Shown here in pieces: positions 28,304 to 40,329 of a stretch of 64,000 nt of DNA. Origin of the DNA: Ascidiella aspersa (Eukaryota). How positions within the stretch are numbered: the stretch's first letter is position 1; every line of letters begins with the position of its first letter. The DNA is taken from the NCBI GenBank assembly GCA_963924565.1, contig OZ004608.1:33542001-33606000 (forward strand). The letters are read 5' to 3'. The position numbers were made by a program, and so were the translations under genes. The notes beneath the pieces were generated by a model. It saw only the letters and a program-made list of their open reading frames with translations. It was not told the DNA's origin and ran no database searches.

Positions 28304-31300
28304 TGTCCTATAGTCTAATCAGCCGTATTGCCACAGTAATACTAAGAGCGAAAACGCAGCCTTGTTTTAGACAACTTGAAAGCTTTTCCCTGCTTTATAC
28401 CACTCATAGCCTGGGGCACTAAAAAAGGCCTAGAGTGGACGCGAAGACAATTATCGCAACGTGACCCCTCAATTAGATAAGGACATTTTTATTTGTTCAA
28501 TTTAGGTGAAAGGTCGTGTAGATTTCTTATCGTTTCAAAAACGAACAAAAAAACTGAAGATGATACAAGCTCGTATCGAAACGTCTTAATAATCAAGATG
28601 ATGTCGATCTACTCGACCTTTTTGGCTTTGCAATTTATTATCAAGCTACATTACAGATCCGTGCATAGTGTACCAAAAAAAACATATTCGCGAACATAAC
28701 ATAAGCTCACGCGTAAAAGTACGGTTAAAATGCACCTGGTAATACAGACAGTTTATTGTTCACAGAACAAAGGGGCTGGGTTGGTTGTGGGATTACCCAC
28801 CGTTTACCTGTGATATCGCAAAGATTGTAAAAGTTTTCAGCTGTGTATTCGTTACCAGTTGGCCGCCTTGAATGACCGAGTGAAAACTGCAGTGCAATTT
28901 TTTCGATTCCCCGAGTCATCAAATACGTGCAGCCTGTTTTGTCAGCATTGTTTGTGCTGCGACCTTCACATGATAACATCAGATTTGCCACATGCAACTA
29001 AACCAGCACGCTCTGTTGACTGTCCTTCGTAATTGACGTATTCCGACTTAAGTGTATTGTTGTTGTTTATTTGAGGCTTCATAAGCCGCGCAAACAAATT
29101 CTAAGTGTTTTGTTAACTAGTGACCCCATTAAGCTCTTGCTATTTGGTATAAGTAAGATTAAACTAAGTACAGAACTTAGTAAACCGAAAAATAGTTTGT
29201 TTGGATGTTATATGACAAATATATTTCTCCACTAAAAACATCATCAGTATCTAAAAACACAATATAAATCAAGATGTACGCTAATAAAAAGCAAACCAGC
29301 TGTTCTTGGCAAGTGGTGCACTACACAAGCCGCCATTAAAGGACGAGTCAATTAAAATGACGTAACAACTGATAACAAAGATAAAAACGCGCCGTGAACT
29401 GAATTCGGACAGATTTCCGTAATTCGAAAGAAAATTCTGATTCTATGGTTTAAGAAAAACGCATTTTTGACGTGAGTCATGCGAAACGCGGGCTAGTTTA
29501 ACTCGAAAAATATTAAACGCTTATGAAAGTTAATCAGCGATTGGTAAGCGCTTTTTCGGCTTGTTTGCGTTTTAAATAACTTGCTGTCACTTGATTTGGC
29601 TTCGTAAACACAGGAAAAACATATTTGAAATCGACTCTATCGTATAATATATCCTCCTTTTTAAATTTATAATTGAGCATTAGATTTCATTTATTTATTT
29701 GCTACGAGTTTCCACGAAAAAATAAACAAGTACACAAACAAGAATACACAAATTAGAAAAGTATGTGATGGGAGTCAGAGAAAAGCCAAAAATGAACTAT
29801 TTTTGTAAAAATGGAATTCGTCATTAATCGTAAACTCTTGAAAAAGTTTTTGTGTGACTAAGATTTTAAATATTTTGCCAAAATTATAATTTTTAGTTTG
29901 GTGATTTGTTTTGTATGGATTAGGTTATTTTTTAAATTGGGTGATCTGTTGGAATTGTTTCAGGGCAAAATTAAAAATAAGGCATCTTTTTACTATACCA
30001 AACCATGCTTTTGATGTAGGTGTTACAAACGTTAATAAAAAGAAAATAACATCTGCTGCAACATGAACAAAAGTTAACCTTATATGCATTTTTCATGCTT
30101 TAGTTTTGTTCATGATTTAAAACAAACGTTTGTACTTTCACTGATAAAATTCACCATCGAAAAGTTAAGCTTTTAACGGTTTTAGTTCATTTACACAAGT
30201 CTGAGATTTAATTGAAATTGGGCGCATGGGACTTGATAATAGAAAATGCGTATATATTAAAAATGTATATTTGAAATTGTAGGCGATTAAGTTGTTTTCG
30301 TTTTTGGTTTATAAACCTGTGTTGAAGATGCTCAAGAAAGTCGTGAGGAATTTAGCAATTTTTGCGATGGGCTGAAACACCAAATTTGGTTTCCGAATTA
30401 CGATCAACATTTTTTTACGAATCACTCAAATAAACACATTTTGACGCGTTTGGAAAGCATGATATCGACTGCAAATGCATTGAAGTATTTCTTTACATTA
30501 TTTTTTAGCGAAAAAAATACTTGGACTATTTCGGTAAGTTGCATAACATTTTCCCTGGGTCGTTTTATAAATCTAGGTGTTTGTGACATAAAAATACTAC
30601 GGAGTCTTTGAATCTGAGGCTCTGATAGCACCAATAGTGGAACAGGTCTTATGTATAAGTTAAAACGATAAACAGTGTAAGTTGTTTTCTATAAAAGGGC
30701 GTATCTTTATGGAAGTTAAAACCATTGGCAGCAGGGTTTCTGCTTGTCGGTCACTTTTCCGCTGACGTGTATAACAAACGATTCCAGTATAGGCGAAATA
30801 TATATCCCTTAAAAATGTGTGATCCTGGTTTAACTCGTTTTTTTAAACTTTGAGTTTTATTGTTAAGGTGTAGTCTCTATTTGCCTATCTACAATCTATC
30901 GTTAGCGCTTAGAGCAGTGTTCCTCAATCTTTTTTTCGCGGCGATCGGAATCCCAACCGTACAAGTATAACAACAAAGCCCATTGAAATTTTTGTAAGTG
31001 AACAAATCTTAAGACATCATTCTCATAAGAGATTTTAATTATTGTGAGTCATGTCTTCGTATTTTACTCAAATTTTTGCTCAGAACCAATCTCAACATAT
31101 TTAATTATTTATTTAGCCATATAAACTACATACTGTAGTCGGCGATGCAACCGAATTAAACGGCCACCAGATTTCGGTTCCCGGCCCATAGGCTCAAAAC
31201 GACCTTTAGAGGAAATTACTTTGATTCATGTTATGTTTTAATCGACTTGTAAATTTTAGACAATGTTTTGATTAAAACATGGTGGTACCCAGCGACAGAA

Positions 31301-31409
31301 GATAACACTAGGCGACCAAAAACGTTCGAAAATAACTGCTTTGAAGCTTAAAAGGCGCTAACCATAGAGTTGACTATCATAGCTGTCTTTTGTCGTGTAA
31401 CAACAGTGT

Positions 31410-34400
31410 TTACAACTGAATGTCAGTCAACGTGTCCTTCTTTGTTAGCACTTTCACAGCTCCTCGAATGATTTCGTAAAACCACACCAGGTTGATAAGG
31501 TCAAGTAACGCTCCCCCCAAAAGCCAAGTTGCGATCAAACCGGAGTTTAAACTGTAAATTAATGTACAAACCCATATGTTATGTTCAAAGATATAAATTT
31601 AGTTTAAAAGAACAAGTACATATTTTAAATTAAAAGTGATTTTGAAAGTTATTAGGGAACGAAACTGTCTCTTCAATTTCTCCAACTGACTTTGACAAAT
31701 GAAGCGCATATTTGTGTTTACAGCATACAAAGAGAGTTAAGCGTTTGTTTAAGGGAGTCCTGTAGACTGTAATCTATACTTATACGCCCTACTATATAGG
31801 CGTGGCTAGGCTGTTGGTTTAAAAATTATTGGTGTTTTTTTATTCTCAGTGGTTGCTTAAGTTAAACTTTAAAAATAACCTGTTAATGAGTGTTAAGGGA
31901 ATTACATCTAGTTCTTTTATTGCTACAGAACCTCCTGAAGATACAAGTGTCCAGACTAAATACCACATTTTTACTGATTTTATTAGCCTTATAAAAAACA
32001 TTTCATTTTTACATTTTTAATTAGGTGAAAATGTTGAAGTGCTAAGGACCCTTAAACCTATCACAAAAGGTCGAAATAAAATATTTATAGCAATGTTCGC
32101 AAACGTTTTACATTTGGCAAAAGTCTGTTGAACTTGCGAAGCACCAAGCGATAGGAATTTCACTTTTTTTTATTTTTGTATTTATATGTGTTATCAAAAA
32201 ATGAAATACAATTGCTGAGCAATCACAACTGACTTATTAACCCTGAGGGAAATTTGGGCCTAATCATCCGAAAAAAAAAATCCGCTGAACGTTTAAATTT
32301 CATCTGTTTAACTTGTTTGAACTTAATAATAATGTCATCGCATCAGGTTGGATCGCAATAATTTGTACCAAATTTTTAGTATTGGTATCTTAATAAAATG
32401 TGTATAAGGGTATCCCTTAAATAATGTTTTCACGGATAACAATTAGAATTGTTCTAAATCATACGTACCTTTGCATTTCACCTTTTCTGAATTCTTTAAA
32501 CATTTCCGAGTAATAAAACGGAATTGTTGCGACACGGCACAAAAAGAAGGTCACCACAGAGATCAAACCGTTAGCCAGTCGAACTCTCGCGCCGCCCAAA
32601 TCCAAATCTTTAATTAAGGGCCTGAATACCATTTAGAAGTTAACATTTGGCTCGTCAATCGCTGTCGAAAATTTTTCTGAAGTCTGTGCATTTGTTAAAA
32701 AAACGTTGGGATTGCAAGTGAACCAAATTTTTATCTGTGTTACGTAGCCCTACCAATGTAAGGGAAAGTGCAAGTTTAAATTTTAGTTTTCAAATTAAAA
32801 GAAAGAGGATTATTCTTGTATTTTCCTTTAATATTGTGTTGTGTGTTTTTATGTATTTTTTTATCAGAGCAACGGTGACTGTTGATGGACAGATGCAACT
32901 CATAAAAATTTGCAAACTTAAATGTCGCCTCAAAAACAATTTTTGTGTGATTGGCGTGGAAATGCCATTGGTTTAATGGTATTTTATAGAGGCTACGTAA
33001 CACAGATAAAACAGTTACGGGATTTAATTGAAGATCTGATACACTTTATGTTTATTAGAATACAGATAAACGATATTTTCGGCCAAAATTACACCTGTCC
33101 GATGTGATATTAAACGGATCATTACTATATGGCCAAATAGGTAAAACTAATAAAATTCAAACTTGTTTTTTTTTTATGTTATTTGGCCCAACATTACTTT
33201 CTATTAACATAACGTAGATATTTTTTTAAAGTGAAAAAAAGCAAGTAAATATATCATACGTAAATACAATAAGATATATGCAATTGATATAATATAGCAT
33301 GTCCATTAGCATACTTGGTACTAATATGCTTACAGCAATGTCAAGAATGGTGTTGAAATTTCAGCAAGAACCCGGAAAATCACAAAATACGCGCAAACCT
33401 CGTATCTCTGCGCATAATAAGAGTATACTCATTATTCCCCACATAATATACTTATCACATCGGCTTTGTTACAGTGGTTGTAACATGGTCCTGTCCGTGA
33501 CTCTAAATTTTAGCAGTTTAGCTCGTTAAAATTAAATAGTTTAAGCTAATGTGCCTCGCAAAGGTTTGTTGCTTACTATGCTTGCTAACACAGTTGCCAT
33601 CACTAAAAAGTGATGTTGTTTCATCAAACGTGGCTTGACAGCAAAGTAAGGCATGCAATACGAATCTATAAAAACACGAGGTTATAATATATATCTTTTT
33701 TATTGTTTTATCGTTAATATTTTTATTTACCACCTTTAATTACAAGATGACAAATTTTTAATAGATTTTCGGAACGTAAAATAAAAAACTAGTTGATAGT
33801 TGCGCAAAATATTTCTCGCTTTCGTTGATTTTTTAGAACGACGAAAATAGTTTTTCATCAGTAATTTATTGAAACCTTGGCAGCCATATACGTACGTAAG
33901 GAGTTCGACCTTTTGTGATGTTTGACCAATTTCTTACCTGTGGCCGTTTGTACCAGCACACCAAGCATATTTAGCTCACACATCGTGGAGTAACCCCTGG
34001 AAAAATATCTCGTTTAAATCAGTTACAGCTTAATTAGGGGGTTCGTGAAAAAGTCGAATAAACCCCATGTTTTAAAAAGTGTGTACCTCCGTCTGTGTTA
34101 ATAAACAGCATTCTGGGTACAATAATTGCACACCGGGACAGCAGCTTTTTTATTGAATAGACTGAATTTAGCGTGCTGTGTTCAGCCTATACGAAAGCAT
34201 TGATCCACACAAAACAACAGCAAGCGCATATTTGACTTACCGTGAGATGCTGATCGTTGTTTAATTTACTGTAAGTTGTACAGAAATGAATACAAATTTA
34301 GAGGCTCCCAAATAGAAGGCTAGTAGATTGTTTACCATTAAGCCTTTATATTTACCTTATGTGGTCTTTATGGATTGATTCGTCCCATAAGAAGGTGCTG

Positions 34401-35117
34401 ATAGCCAATAGGCTTCCGTAAATAGCGTAGATAAACGTGTTTAAACTGTCATATAGGAATATTAGTAAGAGTCGGCGTAGTATCATAAGGCACACATATA
34501 GTGTGACCAATTCGTTCACGTTATTTACGGAAATATTATATAATGTGCACCCGAAAATTGATTTTATGTATTTTGTAAATGTTTAAGTAATACATCATCT
34601 AATGCACCCCGATCGTAAACCTAACTAATAAGGGGCTAGCGTGTACCCGAGTTTTCAAGTTGGAATTGCGGGAAAAAACCGATGCGCTTTGTTAGGTCGT
34701 TCACTGCAGCATGTCTTGTTACTAGCAACACAATAGATAAGCCGTACAAATCTATACATACCTGTCCTATACCGCATTGTGAAATTCACTTTTAATGATC
34801 GGTAATAATTAAGTGCACGGCTAGATATAATAAGTTTTAATCAATAATATAAAGCTCCTTTATAAAACTGATTAGCGTTTACTCACTTAGCGCCCATATA
34901 TGTCTAGTTGTCCACGTTTTCTCATGACCCACGTGTTTACGTTTATTACGAGAACAAGCAAAGCTTACCGGCATTTTACGACAAACTGATAATTTGTTGA
35001 GTACGTGCGAAACCGTGGCGTCAGCTGGTTACAAATGCGATCTCCCAGATGCACGGTTAACTGAAACCAAACTACACATGCAGCAACCGTTGCCAACAGC
35101 CTGCCTAAGTCAAACAT
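31410..35117 (-). CDS. TLCD4: TLCD4/TMEM56-like copy D (7 coding exons)
   Basis: Exons 34969-35117, 34356-34445, 33938-33996, 33577-33665, 33334-33407, 32469-32621, 31410-31551. Spliced ORF: MFDLGRLLAT...KQHHFL...FRVLAEISTPF...FFLCRVATIP...LLDLINLVWFYEIIRG...QL*. Confidence 0.9.
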
Positions 35118-35723
35118 CCTGTAAAGTTCTGTGTTAAAACTTTAAGTGGCATGCGGCTGACTCACTGGCGCTTGCCGAACAGTGTAAACACGCTACTCGT
35201 GCTGCAACTCCTTTTTTAGTATAATTCGTTCGCTTTGCAGGGCTAGAAATGAGGTTGGCTTTTAACGCAGCGCTGAAAGTTAGTAACATAGTCCTTACAG
35301 TCACATAGATTTGACCATCATAGCTTTGTATTTTCTTGTTCTAACGCGGGGGTTCCTTTTTTGTATGTTTTACCATTTTAGCAACGATGAACATCATATT
35401 TACACCCAATAAACAAAATGGTGCTCATACATGACGTAACAATGAAGTAACTAATAGATAAAAAGTATCAATTAGCGAAGCATAACGTTACCGACACTAG
35501 ACGATAAACAGACAATAGGCTTCGAGGCTACTAGGCTATAGCTTCGAATTAGCAGTTAATCTTGAAAAAGTAGGCTAACAATACCTATAGCTGGCACAAT
35601 TTTTCTGTTCCGCCAACTGATGTGGATTTTTATTGATAGCTCATTTACCTCTAAAACGAGGAAATTTACCCCCAGGGTTAAGAAAAGTCGGTTTTAACGG
35701 CAATGTTTACAAATACATGTCAT

Positions 35724-38700
35724 TCAACGAGTTTTTTCTTTTCTCAGCACTTTCACAGCTCCACGAATGATTTCGTAAAACCACATCAGGTTGATAAGGT
35801 CAAGTAACGCTCCTACCAAAAGCCAAGTTGCCATCATCCAGAATTTTAAACTGTAAATAAAGGTATAAACCTATATGTTATTTTCAGGAAATATAAATTT
35901 AGTACAAAATAAAATCAGCACTTATTAGCAGTATGTTTAGATGTTTTGAGGAAACGCAAAACATTTTTCCAACCGCCTCTAAAAAATAGCCTACTTTAGT
36001 ATTTCCTTTTTTAAACCTAAGCCTAAGTTTCAATTTTAACCCTAACCCAATTTAACCCCAGTTATTACCCCCTCAAACCCTAAACAAGGTCAAACAATCG
36101 CCAAAAACCGCGGCACCCGAACGGCGCCGGTAAAACTAGGGCGCCTAAACGTTGACACCAAAACGGCCGACACCAGACCGATCGCCCCATACACTCTCCC
36201 GTACAGTTTCAGGCGTTAGTTTTGCCATTTAGGCCTTATTCCGACGAATTTAGGACTTTTTTGACAGGTTTATTTCCGAATTCAGGCGATTTAGATCTTA
36301 TTCTTTCGTAGATATTACTATGTATTTAGCTTTAATATGTCGTTAGCTTTAATATGTCGTTGGACGCTATGGTATTATAAAGTATTCTGCTTTAGATTGT
36401 GTTGCCTTGTATAGGTCTTATTATGTGTTCCCCCCAAAAATGTTCAAACCGCCTCTAAATATATAGCCTGCTTTAGTAATTGCAACAGACAATTAGCAAT
36501 AAGTGTTTGTTTCCTCTACGTTTCCTACATACACTTTAACCTTCATTTCTACGCCCCGTTCACACCATGACCAGACTCTTGGTTTAGAAATTAGGGTTAT
36601 TTTTACATACTTAGTTTATTTCGATCCCTTCCATTTTCTTAATGGTTACTTAAGCCAAGCCATGTAACATGTAAATGAGTATGGAGAAAGTATGTTACCC
36701 GTGTTTAAGGAAATATATCTCGATCTTAAGGGAATTACATCGAGCTCTTTCATTGCTACCAAATCTCCTGAACATACTTCAGTGTCCTTCAGGCTAATTA
36801 CCAACTTTTTTTACTGATTTCATCGGGATTGTAATGACGTCATTTGATATCTGGCCGGATCGCGATACTTTTTATCTAAAATATCGGGTATCGATATCGT
36901 AATAAAATCACCAGTATCGGACATTGCATACATTATTGTATCACAAGCCATCTAAATCTCTTTGGTAACGTTATTATACGTATACCTTATGTGTACGTTG
37001 TCATTGATGAATTCTTTGTACACCTCCAAGTAATAGAACGGAAGAGGTGCGACACGACACAAAAAGAAGGTTACCACAATCATCAATCCGTTAGCCAGTC
37101 GAACTCTTCTGCCGCCCAAATCCAAATCTTTAATTAAGGGCCTGAATACCATTTAAAAGTTAACAATTGGATCATCAATCGCTGTCGAAAAAAAAAAGTT
37201 TTATCTATGCTGGGATTGCAAAAAAACTTAACTTAGAAATTCAGCAAGAATCCGTAAAATGAGAAAATACGCGCAAACCTCGTATATCTGCGCGTAATAA
37301 GAGTATACTCATGGTTTTGCTACAGTTGTTGTAACATGGACCACTCTGCATTTTAGCGGTTTAGCGCATTAGAAAAACAGTTTAACGCTAATGTACCTTG
37401 CTACTATTTAAACTGTCGCGTTTATCTTATACGCAAGAAGAAACTAGTTAAAATAACGTAAATTAAGTTTGATATAATATTTTTACCACAACTGTTGTAT
37501 AACACAAAGTTATAACTTGACATTTTTATAGAGCAAGTGGACTTTTTAATTCGTAAAATATAAAACAATAACTTTTGTTGCTTACCATGCATCCTACCAC
37601 AATAAATATCACTAAAAAGTGATGTTGTTTCATCATACGCGGCTTGTGAGTAAAGTAAGGCATGCAATACGAATCTATAAAACACGAGGTTATAATTAAT
37701 ATATTATATATTTTATTGTCCTGTCATTAATCTTTTTATTTACCAGAATAAAATATTAGTTTTAATTACCAGAGGAAAGTATTTTGCTCGATTTTCGCCA
37801 TGTAAAATAAATACCACGTTAATAAGTTGGGCAAAATTTTTTTATCGCAACCGTTCATATGTTAGAACAACGAAAACAGTTTTTCATCAGTAATTTATTG
37901 AAACCTTGGCAGCTATATACGTACAGAGTTTGAACTTTTGCAATGTTTGTACAATTTCTTACCTGTGGCCGTTTGAACGAGGACACCGAGCATATTTAGC
38001 TCACACATCGTGGAGTAACCCCTGGAAAAATATCTCGTTCAAATCAGTTACAGTTTATTTAGGGGTTCGTGAAAATGTCGAATTAAACCTATGTTTTAAA
38101 AAACGGTGAACCTCTCCCTAATAAACAGCATTAGTGGCACCATCGTTGTCTAACTGTAAGTTGTACAAAAATGAACAAACATTCAAAGGATCCCATGTAG
38201 GGCCAATAGATTAGGCCTTTGCATTTACCTGATGTGGTCTTTATGGATGACGTCATCCCATACAAGGGTGATGATAGCCAATATGCTTGCATATAGAGCG
38301 GAGATAAACGTGCTTAAGCTGTCAAATGGGGATAATATTAAGAGGCAGCGTAATACAATAAGACACAAATAAAATGGCAATGACATTTACATCATTTTGT
38401 GTTAAAGATTGGAAAATCATTTATTTGCGAAAATATTAACTCTTGCTGATTTAAAAATGGTATTTGATTATTTTTATAAATGTTTAAGTCACACATTAGC
38501 GCCCATCAATGCAACAGGGGACGTGGCGCTATTTTGCACAATGTGTACAAAAAAGTGCAAAAAATGTGCGCACATTTTAAACTGCCATAAAAAAGTGCGC
38601 ACTTTTTTTCACTATGTGCGCACATTTTAAAATGCCCTAAAAATGTGCCCACATTTGAAAATGCCTTCAAAGAGTTAGAGTTTAGAGTTAGAGTTAGAGT

Positions 38701-39016
38701 TAGAGTTAGAGTTAGAGTTTAGAGTTAGAGTTAGAGTTAGAGTTAGAGTTAGAGTTTTGACGTGCACATTTTGCGCACATTGTGCAAAAAATGTTCACAT
38801 CCCCGTCTCCATCAATGTCTGAATTTGCCCATGACCCATACGTTTACGTTTATTACGAGAACAAGCAAACCTTACCGGCATTTTACGACAAACTGATAAT
38901 TTGTTGAGTAAGTGCGAAACCGTGGCGTTACAAATGCGATCTCCCAGATGCACGGTTAACTGAAACCAAACTACACATGCAGCAACCGTTGCTAGCAGCC
39001 TGCCCAAGTCAAACAT
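35724..39016 (-). pseudogene. TLCD4-like copy E, unprocessed pseudogene (duplicate of D)
   Basis: Exon remnants 38876-39016, 38229-38318, 37963-38021, 37586-37674, ~37228-37287, 36986-37141, 35724-35850. Lesions versus D: 8-nt deletion (tcagctgg) in exon 1; loss of the 3' end of exon 5, its donor and most of intron 5 (reads RILAEFLS*); 2 extra nt near the end of exon 7. Confidence 0.88.
38512..38808. mobile_element. Inverted-repeat element containing a (TTAGAG)n tract, in pseudogene E intron 1
   Basis: Imperfect ~40-bp terminal inverted repeats (ggggacgtgg..ttttgcacaatgtg / cacattgtgcaaaaa..cacatcccc); ccatcaatg duplicated on both sides; hexamer tract ~38671-38756; absent from D. Confidence 0.7.
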
Positions 39017-40329
39017 CCTGTAACGTTCTGTTTTAAACTTTAAGTGGCCTGCGGCTGACTCTTCTTAATGTGCCTGCGGCTGGCTCACGAACAAGTGTCA
39101 ACACGCACATGGCCATGCCCCTTTTTCGCCAGGCCATCCCGCCATCTTCTTGAATGCATTAAAACTTATATTTCAGATGCACATTTGTGCACCGCATCGT
39201 ACTATAACGACAGGTTATTTGTTTTAGACCTTTTGTTATGGCGTAACTTTGGAACGTCATTTTTTAAAAATTTTATGCCGTTCGGCAAAAAAACAGTCCG
39301 ACAAGAACATTTTCCTGCCTTCACCCTTGGTACAACATAATTAGAAATTAACCGAGCTACATGCGTTATGTGTTGTTTCAAAACGTCCAAGCCACACATG
39401 GTCTATAGTGCTGTAAAACTAACTATTACCTACCCACTTAACTTTATTTAATGGACATAGGAAAGTTTTATTTTTTTGCAACGTAATGGCTATGTTTAAC
39501 TAAAATGCTCACCGAAACATAAATGTTTTGTGATTCGCTACAATTTATTTAGGCTGTCCTAGCGCAGGCTTGCCAGAAAAACAAACACCGCGTAACTATC
39601 AGATTTTGCAACATACTGTGCTGCTGTGACTGCTCCTCGGCGTGTTCCCTACTGAGTTTGTGTAATTAGGTTTGTAGAACGACGGTCTCGGTTTGGCCGA
39701 GATCGTGAGTTCGAACCTCATCTTCACGTTTTTCAAATTTTGAAACATTGATAAGAAATTGGATACACAGCACTTAATGGAAACGGTTTTCTTGAACAGG
39801 TTTTTTTTTAAGGTTTGGTTTGGTTGACCGCTAAGTAGTTTTAAGAGACCGCAAGTGTTTTTCATTTAAATTCCAAAAGTTGCAAGTCCAAAATTTGGGA
39901 AACCGCTGGAGAAATTTGGGGGACTGTTTAGGTCCCCCAAAACACCTTAAAAAAACACTGTTCTTGAATATAGTGAAGGAATGTACGAAAAATAGGATGG
40001 GCGCCGACAGCCGATGATAAGCGATCCAACGTAACATTTTTCAAATTAGATTTTTTAAGAAAAAATAAATTAAGGTATAAAATAACTATGACTTCCTAAC
40101 ACCAAATCGAATTTGCTGAACAGTCGAAGTATCGTTGTCGTTTCCATTCTTCTTGTTTGACAATTGTAAATAATATCATATAATTTAGGTTTGGATCGGA
40201 CGTTTATACATTTTGACAAAAAAAACGAGCATCGCAATTGGATTAAACAAAATATATCGGACGATAATAAACCAGGCATTTGTCACACCCATCAAACAGT
40301 AACTTAGAAACGTTGAAGCGTTGCTTTTC

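Noticed and set aside
38671-38756. (TTAGAG)n as a real or interstitial telomere/fusion site
   Set aside because: Short, a variant hexamer, and enclosed in an inverted-repeat element with a flanking duplication inside an intron.
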